Shown in pieces: positions 40,053-50,500 of a stretch of 64,000 nucleotides of DNA (positions are counted from its first letter, which is position 1; the number at the start of each line of letters is the position of its first letter). Origin of the DNA: Candidatus Cloacimonadales bacterium (lineage in GTDB: Bacteria > Cloacimonadota > Cloacimonadia > Cloacimonadales > JAIOQZ01); the NCBI GenBank assembly GCA_963674825.1, contig OY771587.1, positions 896,001-960,000 of the forward strand, written 5' to 3'. Both the position numbers and the translations under genes were made by a program. The notes under the pieces are model-generated. The model was given only the letters and a program-made list of their open reading frames with translations, was not told the origin of the DNA and searched no databases.

Positions 40053-41759
40053 TTATTCGTCGTCTTCGAGGGTCGATGTGTCTCCAATCTCCTCGCCCCA
40101 CTCCTTCGCGTGAAGCAAGCGCCGCATGATTTTACCGCTGCGGGTTTTGGGCAGCGATTTGACGTATTCGGTCTCCTGCGGCATGGCGAGCGGCGAGAGT
40201 TTCTTGCGGATAAAATTCATGATCTTGAGCTCAAGATCCTTGGTCGGCTCGTAGCCTGGCTTCAGCACCACGAACGCTTTAACGACCTCCATGTTGACAT
40301 CGTCTGGCTTGGAAACGACTGCTGATTCCGCAACTGCTTCGTGTTCCAGCAGTGCAGATTCGACCTCGAACGGGCTCACCAGATGGCCGCCGGTGTTGAT
40401 CACATCGTCATCGCGACCCACGAACCAGAAGTATCCGTCCGAATCGATATAGGCACGGTCGCCGGGCAGATACCAGTTGTTCTGGAACTTACTCTGGTAG
40501 GTCGCTTCGTTGTTCCAGTAAGTCCGCATCATGGCTGGCCATCCCGGACGGAAAGCGATCAGGCCGATCTTGTCAGTCTCTTTGATCTCCTCGAATGTGG
40601 AGGTATCGACCAGACTTCCAGTGATGCCAGGGAATGGCCTTCCCATAGAGCCTGGCTTGATCTTCATGCCCGGGTAATTGGAGATCATGATGGAACCGGT
40701 CTCGGTCTGCCAGTAAGAATCGAGGAAAGCCCTGCCGAATACTTTTTCCGACCAGATCACCGCTTCTGGGTTGAGCGGTTCGCCCACGCTGGCCAGATGG
40801 CGAAGCGAGGATAGATCATACTTTCCAACCAATTCGTCGCCGGCTTTCATCAGCGAGCGAATAGCCGTTGGAGCGGAGTACCACACCGTAATGCCGTAGC
40901 GCTCGATAAACTGGTACCATGATTCCGCGGAAAAACCCGTATCAAGTACGCACTGTGTAACGCCGAGGCTCCAGGGGCCAATAATCCCGTAGGATGTGCC
41001 GGTTACCCAGCCAGGATCGGCGGTACACCAGTAAACGTCATCTTCATTGAGATCCAGAACCCACTTCGTAGTGAGATACTGCGAGATCAACGAGTAATGA
41101 ACGTGCTTAACGCCCTTGGGTTGGCCGGTGGTTCCGGAAGTGTAGTGTAATACTGACGGTGATTCGGCTTTGGTAGGATAAATCTCGAGATCCTGAATCT
41201 TGTCAGCCGTCTCCAGATCAAATGCCACTTCCCGCTCTTGGAGCGGTTTCTTGCCGTCGTAATCCACCACGATGATGTGTTTGAGGTAGGGTGTCTTCTC
41301 GAGAATTCTGCGTACTTTGTTGACGTGCTTTTTCTGGGTGATGATCGCGGTTGTCTCCGCGTTATCGAGCCTCACAAGCAGCGATTCGTCGCCAAATGCT
41401 GAGAAGAGCGGCTGCGCGATCGCTCCGATTTTGAGAACACCCAGAAAACCGATGTAGAGTTCGGGAATCTTGTCCATGAAGAGGCAGACGCGATCTTCAT
41501 TCTTGATTCCCAGGTTGCGAAGGAACTGTCCCACGGTATTGCTGGCGATTCTGATGTCGTTGAAAGTGTACTGCTTTTTCGCACCTCCGAGACCTTCCCA
41601 GTAGAGTGCGATACGGTTTCCGTTACCCTTCTCGCAGATTCTGTCACTACAATACCAGCCAATGTTAATTACGTTGCCGTCCTGGTATTCGAGTTCTTTT
41701 TCGGAAATGGACCAATCGAAGTTTTTGATGCGTTCATCATAGGATCCGATATTGGACAT
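40053..41759 (-). CDS. acsA: AMP-forming acetate ligase (acetyl-CoA synthetase family)
   Basis: YTSGTTGQPKG, YWCTADPGWVTG, WQTETG, LPKTRSGKIMRR. Confidence 0.9.
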   Translation of the reverse strand: MSNIGSYDERIKNFDWSISEKELEYQDGNVINIGWYCSDRICEKGNGNRIALYWEGLGGAKKQYTFNDIRIASNTVGQFLRNLGIKNEDRVCLFMDKIPELYIGFLGVLKIGAIAQPLFSAFGDESLLVRLDNAETTAIITQKKHVNKVRRILEKTPYLKHIIVVDYDGKKPLQEREVAFDLETADKIQDLEIYPTKAESPSVLHYTSGTTGQPKGVKHVHYSLISQYLTTKWVLDLNEDDVYWCTADPGWVTGTSYGIIGPWSLGVTQCVLDTGFSAESWYQFIERYGITVWYSAPTAIRSLMKAGDELVGKYDLSSLRHLASVGEPLNPEAVIWSEKVFGRAFLDSYWQTETGSIMISNYPGMKIKPGSMGRPFPGITGSLVDTSTFEEIKETDKIGLIAFRPGWPAMMRTYWNNEATYQSKFQNNWYLPGDRAYIDSDGYFWFVGRDDDVINTGGHLVSPFEVESALLEHEAVAESAVVSKPDDVNMEVVKAFVVLKPGYEPTKDLELKIMNFIRKKLSPLAMPQETEYVKSLPKTRSGKIMRRLLHAKEWGEEIGDTSTLEDDE

Positions 41760-41803
41760 AGCTTTCTCTCCTTCAGACGCGGCAGCGCCTGTGTCTTTAT
41801 TAT

Positions 41804-42178
41804 TTATAGTTCGAGTATAACCATTGCCATTGCCGTGGATTTCAAATGAGACAGCGAAACATGAATGGATTGAATTTTGTTCATTCGCACGAATTCGTCA
41901 ACCTTTCCATGCGTTTTTATCATTGGTTTGCCCAAATCATCGTTGGTAATCTCGATATCAGTAAACGTGACACCCTGCTGCCAGCCGGTTCCCAGCGCTT
42001 TCATCATCGCTTCTTTCGCTGCGAACCGGGCGGCGTAGCATTGGTCTTTCGATTTCCGGGATTCACACTCCCGAATCTCGTTATCGGTAAAAACCTTCTC
42101 GCGAAAGCCTTCCAGCTTGCTGATGCTTCTAAGGACTCGCTCCACTTCGATGTGGTCGATACCTACTCCAAAGATCAA
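41804..42178 (-). CDS. acpS: Holo-ACP synthase (AcpS-type phosphopantetheinyl transferase)
   Basis: GVGID, AARFAAKEA.MKALGTG, GKP, VSLSH; probable TTG start at 42178. Confidence 0.93.
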   Translation of the reverse strand: MIFGVGIDHIEVERVLRSISKLEGFREKVFTDNEIRECESRKSKDQCYAARFAAKEAMMKALGTGWQQGVTFTDIEITNDDLGKPMIKTHGKVDEFVRMNKIQSIHVSLSHLKSTAMAMVILEL

Positions 42179-42240
42179 CTTGCCCTCTTCAGCATAGAAC
42201 ATCCAAAGATCAAGCGTACTCCTTCAGTATAGCTGACGGC

Positions 42241-43203
42241 TTACAGCTGACCGGCTTTGAGCCTGGCAGTGAGCTTCTCGATCATATCTTTGGTCATGGC
42301 AGCCGTATCGTATGCAGGCTTCCAATCCCATTCTTCTCTTGCAGCGGAGTCGTCCATGCTGTTTGGCCAGCTATCAGCGATCGCCTGACGAACCGGATCG
42401 ACATCGTAGTCCATGGTAAATCCGGGCATTTCTTTTCTAATCGCTGCCGCGAGTTCTTCGGGATCGAAGCTCATGGCGGTGACGTTGAAGGCGTTGCGAT
42501 GGATCAGCCTTGCAGGATCGGCCTCCATTACGTCGATCGCAGCCTTGAGGCAGTCCGGCATGTACATCATGTCCATGAGGGTCCCCTCTTTGATGTAGCA
42601 TGTGTAGTGACCAGTCTTCACTGCTTCATAGAAGATATGCACCGAATAATCGGTCGTACCACCACCGGGAGGCGTAACGCTGGAGATGATGCCCGGATAG
42701 CGAACACCGCGAGTATCGACGCCGAAGCGCTTGTGATAATAATCGCACAGCAATTCACCGGCGACTTTGGTAACGCCATAGATAGAGGTCGGACGTTGGA
42801 TGGTGTCCTGCGGTGTGTTGTCCGGAGGTGTGGTGGGGCCGAAAGCACCGATCGAGCTGGGAGTGAACACCGCTGCGCCGGTTTCCTTCGCGATAGTCAG
42901 CGTGTTCAAGAGACCGTTCATGTTGACGTTCCAGGCGACTTCCGGTCTCGCTTCCGCAACCGCGGAAAGGAGCGCTGCCAGATGATAGATCGTGTCTATT
43001 TTATGCTTCTTCACCACTTCGGCGAAGCGATTTGCGTCCAGGCAATCGATGACTTCATAGGGACCAGCCTCGACCAGGTCTCCGGTGAGGTCATTGCGGA
43101 TGTCGGACGCGACAACGTTTGATGCTCCGTAAATCTTACGAAGAGCTGCGACGAGTTCGGTTCCAATCTGCCCTGCGGCACCAGTTACAAGAATGTTTTT
43201 CAA
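42241..43203 (-). CDS. L-threonine 3-dehydrogenase, extended SDR (epimerase-like) type
   Basis: TGAAGQIG, HLAALLSA, PSSIGAFG, YGVTK, PGGGTTDY, IADSWP. Confidence 0.88.
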   Translation of the reverse strand: MKNILVTGAAGQIGTELVAALRKIYGASNVVASDIRNDLTGDLVEAGPYEVIDCLDANRFAEVVKKHKIDTIYHLAALLSAVAEARPEVAWNVNMNGLLNTLTIAKETGAAVFTPSSIGAFGPTTPPDNTPQDTIQRPTSIYGVTKVAGELLCDYYHKRFGVDTRGVRYPGIISSVTPPGGGTTDYSVHIFYEAVKTGHYTCYIKEGTLMDMMYMPDCLKAAIDVMEADPARLIHRNAFNVTAMSFDPEELAAAIRKEMPGFTMDYDVDPVRQAIADSWPNSMDDSAAREEWDWKPAYDTAAMTKDMIEKLTARLKAGQL

Positions 43204-43391
43204 AGCACTTATCCTTTCTTAGCGTAATTTGTAATTGAATCGATTATTTCCTGGCTGTCCCGTTTTTTGTCAACTGGAAAATCAACTGTTTGAGATGAAT
43301 CCTCATATAATGAAAATCCACCGTATCCCTTCGATTCCGATCAAAGTTAATACGGTGGATAAATTCTTTTATTCTCCGTCTTCTGAAAAAC

Positions 43392-45396
43392 CTACTTGAT
43401 CATCAGCGCTTTGCCTGTATATTCCTTGTCGCCAGCCGTAAGCCGGAACAAGTACGTTCCAGACGAAGCCTGCTTTCCATCCTGATCGCAACCGTCCCAG
43501 ACGATCTTGTGCTCAATACCGCCAGCCTGAATACCTCTAACATAACCGCGAACTTTCTCACCGCGGATGTTGTAGATATCCAGCTCGACAGCCACATCAT
43601 TCACCAGATAATAGCTGATCGCAGTCGAGGGATTGAACGGATTCGGATAAATAGAACGAATACCGGTAACCAGTACAGCATCCGGAACGTCCTGCTCTTC
43701 CCCACTGCCTGTGACTGTCAAAGTAACAGGTCCATATAGCTGCACCATACCGGAAAGATCTGTCGATTCCAGCCAGTAGTAGTACGTGTTATTGAGCGAT
43801 ACTTCGTTATCGATCAGTTCGTAGCTGCTTCCAGAAGATGAATTCTGAGCTGCGATCGGTTCTGCGTTGATACGGATCGCCGAATCGACATCTGATATTG
43901 TATTGCGAAGAATGTTGTAACCAAGCATATCGCTTTCGGAAGCTGTAGTCCACTGGATGGACGCAAAGCCCGATTGCGTCTGGGCAGCAGCGAAAGAAGA
44001 GAGCTCTACGGGCAACGTTTCGCTGCTGAGAATGACGTATTCACGTGTGTAGGCACGTCCTCCAGGATTTGCCGTGATGCTGACTGAGCCGGGAACGAAT
44101 TCGCCGATGTACTCATATTCCGTCCAGGTATTAGAGCCGTCATCATGCTGAAAGACACTTGAGGGCGTCTCACTCCCCCCCCAATAATAGGTAAGATTTG
44201 TGGTTACGTCACTTGGAAGTCCTACAGTGAAAGCGCCGATCACATCCTCGGGATAGGGTACAGCGAGTTGCGGTTGATCGGTGATCATACCCCACAAAGT
44301 AAATGCGGCAGGTTCGGACACAAATGAGTAGTCAATTGCAGGATTCCAGGGACCATCGCCGAGGTCAATAATTGGGAAAACCAGTTGATCTGGGCCTGTA
44401 CCACCGGTGATTACCTCTTGTGCAAAAACAATCGCGGAAGGGACTCCAGTTGGATCTGCCGGTTCCGACATTACTGTGTAGGTCTGTGTCCCCAGCGCCG
44501 GATAATCTTCTCCCGGCCCAAACGGTACGACGTACCAGCTGACAGTCTCACCCCAGCCTGCTTGTGGTAACGCGCAGTTGTAAACCATCTCACCGAGGTA
44601 GTCGATTGATTCGCCTAACTGTGACCCGTTACAGAACACATTGAAGCCAAAGACCATATCGATGCCTGCATAGTCCCAGCTAACGGTAACCAAACGAGGC
44701 ATATTCGTTTCGCCGTTCGCCGGGAAAATGGCGTTGCAGTCCGATTCAGGTGTGTCAAATGTCATATCCAGGCCATATGATGTACCGTTCGTATTCGTAG
44801 CTTTAACACGATAATGATAGGTTGTGTTGGGAGTCAGTCCGCCAAGCATGTGGAATACCTCGGTCAACGAACTGCCGGTAACTGGGCTCTGATCAGCCTG
44901 TACTGTCATGCCGTAATTGAGATCCGTACCATATTCGAATTCAACTGCCGTGCTTTGCCCCATAGCATTTACATAGCCCTGGAACATTGCAAATGTGGTG
45001 AAGATGTTCGTCGCTGTGTTCGTGATAGCGATGGGGTAGAAGCCCGGAATAGTTTCGAACGTGGAATCTCCGCCGTGAACAGTCCCTCCACTGTAGCTTC
45101 CACATATACGGAAGTGATAGGTTCTGAATGGTGTCAATCCCGTGATTTCGGCACTGCATTCGTGCATCCCATCAATACTATAAACCGATGTCGGAGTAGC
45201 ATCGACGTATGTTCCATAACTCATGTCAAGCCCATATTCGAACCAGACATCGACCATGTTATCCCAGGGCTGTAATCATCAATGGCTCTAACCTACCGGT
45301 TTGATTCAGATTATCTATTACCACATTGTCGTTTCCAACATTCGCTGAGAGTAACACGATAAAAACAAGAAAAATCACCGTGAAGATTCGATTCAT
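43392..45396 (-). pseudogene. Frameshifted secreted protein with FN3-like repeats and FlgD/T9SS-like C-terminal domain
   Basis: Signal-peptide ORF 45259-45396 is out of frame with the 621-aa ORF 43392-45257, which has FEYG repeats, LPVELSSF and YPNPFNP. Confidence 0.75.
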
Positions 45397-45581
45397 AGAA
45401 ACCCCCAAAAAAAAGAATTTACTGAGTAGTGTTCCCATAACGCTTTGTGTCAAGAATATTGTGTTTCATGAATGAATTATCCTCATCGGTTCATTATTCT
45501 GATTTGCTACTCAGCTTATACCGTGATGCAGAATGGCTTTTATCTTTCAAATGTTGACAGAAACATGAGCTTTCAAATCAA

Positions 45582-46862
45582 ATGATTAGCATGGGAAAAT
45601 TTGTGACATTCTTCGTCGAGCGGGACATCCACCCGCGGCGAAAAGCTAACAGAAAACTGGAATCGCTGCACATGCTGAGCGGGATCATCATATCCGTCGC
45701 GGCGCTCATGACCGCGCTGGCGCTATTCTCGGGGTACGAGAAAGCGCTGAAGGATGTGATTCTGGGCGTCAATTCGCACTGCTATATCTTCCGTTTCGGC
45801 AGTCGCGATATCACGCCGGAAGACGAGCGTAGGATCGAGGAATATCTCGCATCGAAGCCGGAAATTGAAGCTATTGGTGCGGCAGTGAACGCTCAGGCAA
45901 TGGCAGTGCGCGGTCAGCGCACCAAAGGCGTGACTTTGCGCGGAATCGATACGGCCAGCGAGAGCCTTCCCACCCACTACCATCGTTACGTAAGGAAAGG
46001 ACGCGCGATCCTCGAAAACGATCGTGAAGCGGTGATCGGCATCAAGCTGATGCAAGAGCTGGGCCTCGATCTCGGCGACACGCTCAAGATCGTCAGTCCG
46101 CTGCACCCCAGGCTGACTCCGATGGGCTTAAAACCGAAATCCGCGCGGTTCGTCATCGTGGGCATCTACGAATCGGGTATGTACGAGTACGACAGCACCT
46201 ACCTGATCACTCAGCCACACGCAGCGGCTCAGTTCACCATGAGTCCAGACGAATTTTCCTGGCTCGAACTCAAACTAAAGCCTGAATACATCGATAATGC
46301 GGATGTCCTGGCAAGTCGATGGGAAGACGAGCTGAATCTCTACGCCCGTTCAGAGGATCCCGAATTCTACGGATCCTATCGCATCGCATCATGGATATTC
46401 TATAACGGTAACCTATTCACGCTTATTACGTTGGAAAAGTGGATCCTTTTCATCATTATGAGCTTCATGGTGATGATCGCATCCTTCAACGTCGTAAGCG
46501 GAATTCTCACATCGATCCTGGAACGACGACGCGATATCGGAATTTTGAAAGCATACGGCGCAACTTCCGGGATGATCAAGCGCATCTTCATGGGCCGAAC
46601 CATGCTCATGACCGCTCTCGCTGTCCTTTGTGGCGAAGCGCTCGGATACGTCCTGGGACAGATTATCAGCCATCAGACGCTTTATCAGCTCAAGGGCGAT
46701 GTCTATTTTCTCGAAAAGCTGAACGTAAGTTTCAGCTGGGAAGTGTGGCTGATCGTTTTTGTGGTCGCGATGGTGATCGTACTACTTACAGCACTGTTCC
46801 CGCTACGCAAGATCGAATCGATGAACGTGAGTGAAATCCTGCGGAATTCACATGGGAAATAG
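45582..46862 (+). CDS. Lipoprotein-releasing ABC permease, LolC/E family
   Basis: MacB/FtsX layout; GIYESGMYEYD, EKW.LF.IM, ERRRDIGILKAYGA. Confidence 0.88.
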   Translation: MISMGKFVTFFVERDIHPRRKANRKLESLHMLSGIIISVAALMTALALFSGYEKALKDVILGVNSHCYIFRFGSRDITPEDERRIEEYLASKPEIEAIGAAVNAQAMAVRGQRTKGVTLRGIDTASESLPTHYHRYVRKGRAILENDREAVIGIKLMQELGLDLGDTLKIVSPLHPRLTPMGLKPKSARFVIVGIYESGMYEYDSTYLITQPHAAAQFTMSPDEFSWLELKLKPEYIDNADVLASRWEDELNLYARSEDPEFYGSYRIASWIFYNGNLFTLITLEKWILFIIMSFMVMIASFNVVSGILTSILERRRDIGILKAYGATSGMIKRIFMGRTMLMTALAVLCGEALGYVLGQIISHQTLYQLKGDVYFLEKLNVSFSWEVWLIVFVVAMVIVLLTALFPLRKIESMNVSEILRNSHGK

Positions 46863-46870
46863 GAGACACA

Positions 46871-47533
46871 ATGCTATTGAAAGCTAAGAACATACAAAAG
46901 AGTTATCAAGAAACCGCTGGGAAACTGACAGTGCTCAGGGATATCAACCTCGAAGTAGCCGAAGGCGAGATGATCGCAATAACGGGTGAATCGGGCTGCG
47001 GTAAAAGCACCCTGCTGCACGTTCTCGGACTCCTTGATCAACCTGACAGCGGCGTTATCTCCTATCACAACAAAGAAATGAAACCCGACGACCGCAGAAT
47101 CGCGAACTTTCGTAATCGCTCAATCGGGTTCGTCTTTCAGTTCCATTACTTGCTCGAAGATTTCACCGCGAAAGAAAACGTGATGATCCCAGCCCTGATC
47201 GGTGGGAAGAGCCGCAAGGAATCGGAGAAGATGGCGCTTGAGCTACTTGATCTGCTCGAGATTGGTGCGCGACAGGAGCATTTCCCTAATCAGCTTAGCG
47301 GTGGCGAATTGCAGCGCATCGCTATAGCCCGTGCGCTGATCAACCGACCCGCGATCGTCTTCGCGGACGAACCGACCGGCAACCTCGATCCCCGGCACAG
47401 CGAGGAGGTCGTCAACCTTATCATCCGCCTGAACCAAGATATTGGGCAGACCTTCGTTGTGGTCACCCATAACCTCGGCATCGCCGGGCGGATGCAGAAA
47501 CACTATGTATTGGATGACGGAATCCTGCGCTAA
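46871..47533 (+). CDS. lolD: Lipoprotein-releasing ABC ATPase
   Basis: GESGCGKS, GFVFQFHYLL, LSGGE, ADEPTGNLD. Confidence 0.88.
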   Translation: MLLKAKNIQKSYQETAGKLTVLRDINLEVAEGEMIAITGESGCGKSTLLHVLGLLDQPDSGVISYHNKEMKPDDRRIANFRNRSIGFVFQFHYLLEDFTAKENVMIPALIGGKSRKESEKMALELLDLLEIGARQEHFPNQLSGGELQRIAIARALINRPAIVFADEPTGNLDPRHSEEVVNLIIRLNQDIGQTFVVVTHNLGIAGRMQKHYVLDDGILR

Positions 47534-47543
47534 ATAGACGCAT

Positions 47544-50500
47544 ATGAAATATAAAAAATGGCTACCCATCGTGGTGGCGATTCTGTTTCTAATCAATCTG
47601 GCGGCGTTTATCGTCTTCAAGGTAATCGATCTTGATCTGCTGGTGAGAGATAAAATCACCCGAAGGATCACTTCAACTCTAAATGCCGAAGTGACCATCG
47701 ACGATTTCACACTGGATGACCAGCAGGTCAATATCAGTGGAATGACCATCGACTGGCGCGAGCAGAACATGAAACTGACCGTCGATCAGGTCTACATCCG
47801 CTACAAGCTGCGCAAACTGTTATTCTCCGGATTCAGCATTCCCGGAGTTATCGATCAAATTTCCATTTATAATCCAAGGTTCGATATACTGATCGAATCA
47901 GCAGTAGATAAATCACCTAAAGAGTTTCCATCCCTGGAAGAGATTCTGGAGAACTTACCCGATCTCAGCGGTTATTTTAACGTCCTGACCGCCGAAAACG
48001 GTACCGTTTCGCTACGTTACGACAGTCCGGAAATCACAGTAGCAGACACGATCCGGGCTATTCGCATTTACGCTCGTAATGAAGAACTCTGTCACGTAGG
48101 CTTTACCGCAGGCGATTCGCTCGCAGGACTCACCGGAAGCCTGGTTATGCAGCGCGGTGAATTCCTCAACGCGGACGTGAAGCTGAGTGACTATCGTCCT
48201 GATGTACTGGACATCCCCATGTTCGACGACCTCGATTTCCGCTTTGACAGCCATGTTCATCTGACAAAACAGGGATTCCGGCTGGATGGCGCAATCCGCG
48301 ACCTGCGTGTTGACTATCGCGATCAGAAGGTGCGTGCAGACTCAATCGCGTACGAAGGCTCGCTCGATTCGATCATGGTCCGCACCCAGCGCATGTCCTT
48401 CAACGGCGACCCCGTGCGGCAGCAAGTCATTGTCACCAATCCGCTCAAACCAGAGCGTCGCATCGAGGGCACCTTCCACAGTGTAATCAATGTTCAGAAT
48501 TACGTTGATTCGCTTGACGGACACTTCGAGGTGGATGGAAACCTCACCAACGAAACCGGCGAAATCCTCTTTTTTGCAGGTGTGTCATCCGATTCACTTC
48601 GCTACGGCAGCCATATCGTACGTGATATCAAAGGCAATCTTGAAGCGGATATGGAAGGTGTGCGGTTCGATTTGAACCGACTCCTGTTCGAGCGCAACCG
48701 GCTATCCGCGCAGGGAGTTTATAATTTTGAGAAAGGCCTCCACGTCGATGTGGACGCACCCGGCTTCATCTGGGATGAATCGGGGCTTGTAGCGGAAGGA
48801 AATATCGTTGCGACTGTCGATTATCACCAAGGTAAGCCTCTCGTAGTTACGGCAACCATGGAAGACTTCGCAGTTCACGACCAATATATAGAGATCTCCG
48901 ACCTTTCGGCGGATATCGATTTGACCGGCGATCAGCTTTCTGTGAGAATCCTCGAACGTAATGAACATCTGGAAATTGCGCTTGAAGCCGATCTTGCCAA
49001 AGAAAGCATCTCCGCAGATTTGCAGTTCACACGCTTCGATCTCAAGAAATACCTGCCATTCATGAACTCACTCGGTTCAAGCCTTCCCGCGGTAAACGGC
49101 AATGTGCATATCATCGGCGATAGAAACAACATACAGCTCGATTCCAGGCTGCGCATCTATGAAGAACGATACGGCATGCTGGATGGTTTTCTAATCACCA
49201 ACGCTGTGATCGACCTTCTTCACGAACGGACGTATTTGCATGTTCGCACCCGCAGCGGTGTATATAATTACGAGCCCATCAAGTTTCACATGCTGGCAGC
49301 CGGAGACCTTCAGAGCCTGCACACGCTTGATTGTCGCATCAATGACCAGATTGCTGTTGATCTGCACCTTTCCCGTAAACCGGAGCTCGACTTTGGCTTC
49401 CGCATCAGAGCGAAAGATATTGTTATCCCCGATTACCTGCAATACTTCATGAACAACTACAATGCCCGGAAGTTCGAGGGAGAAACCGACTTCGACTTTG
49501 CATACAACATGGACGCTGACGACCGCGTAAAGGGCTGGCTCACACTCGAAGACTTCCGCTACGAAAACGTCTGTCCACTTTCGACAATGTTCAGATTTAG
49601 CGGAACGAAAGAATCCGTGCAGTTCGAACCATTTATGGTAACATCCGTAGGACAACTTGTTTCACGCGGAGAGGCATCCGTTCATCTTGAACCAAAGCCA
49701 TCCGTGCTGTTCAACCTTTCCACAGACGACCTGGATTTGAAGAAGCTTTTCATGGACTCGAACAACCGCGGAACCGTTTCGGGAGCAGTCAATTGCCGCT
49801 TCATGGAGGGTGACGATCACATTGAAGGGTGGGTATCAGCGCGAGATATCAATCTTTCCGGTTTCCAGGCTGACTCGATCTATGTCGAAGCTTCTCAGGA
49901 AAGCGGACAATTACGTATCGATACACTTTATGCTTACCAAAAACCCTATTTTGAGATGAATGTATCCGGGGCAATTGGCTATAATTTCCTTCGCGAAAAG
50001 GCTTTCGAAGACTCCAGCGTGGTTAAGGTCGCTTTCAGTGGCGACTTCCTCAAAATGCTCTCCGATCGTTTCAGCTTTCTGCATCACGGCCAATCATCGG
50101 CCGAGATCAAACTCGAACTCGGATTAAAAGATGAGCAGTTCAACATCCGTTCAGGTAATATCCAGCTCAAAGACGGCGAGATCAAGCCAGACTATTTCAA
50201 CACAAAAGTCCGCGATATCCAGATCGATATGCGGATCGAAGACGATATCCTGAATATCGAGGAGTTCAGTCTCGGCACGGAAGGCCCCGGACGGCTTCAC
50301 ATCGAGAACGACAATATCGGAGCTGAAGACCAATTCAAGCTCGGTACTCTCCAAATGGGATATTTTTACGCCTATACAGATCAGGAAGGAATCTGGGCAT
50401 CCATACCTTGGTATATGCCGGAGAATACCCTTGGCAACGCGATTATCACCGGGCGAAATGAAGATCGTGCCAAGATTTCCGGGCCTTTCGACGACATCCA

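Noticed and set aside
34356..43203. Sphingolipid cluster reading (Spt + ACP + acyl-ACP synthetase + reductase)
   Set aside because: The layout is analogous, but the PLP enzyme has Kbl motifs (SVRFICGTQ), the ligase has acetate-type WQTETG and the SDR has ThrDH-type GGGTTDY; no ceramide synthase is present
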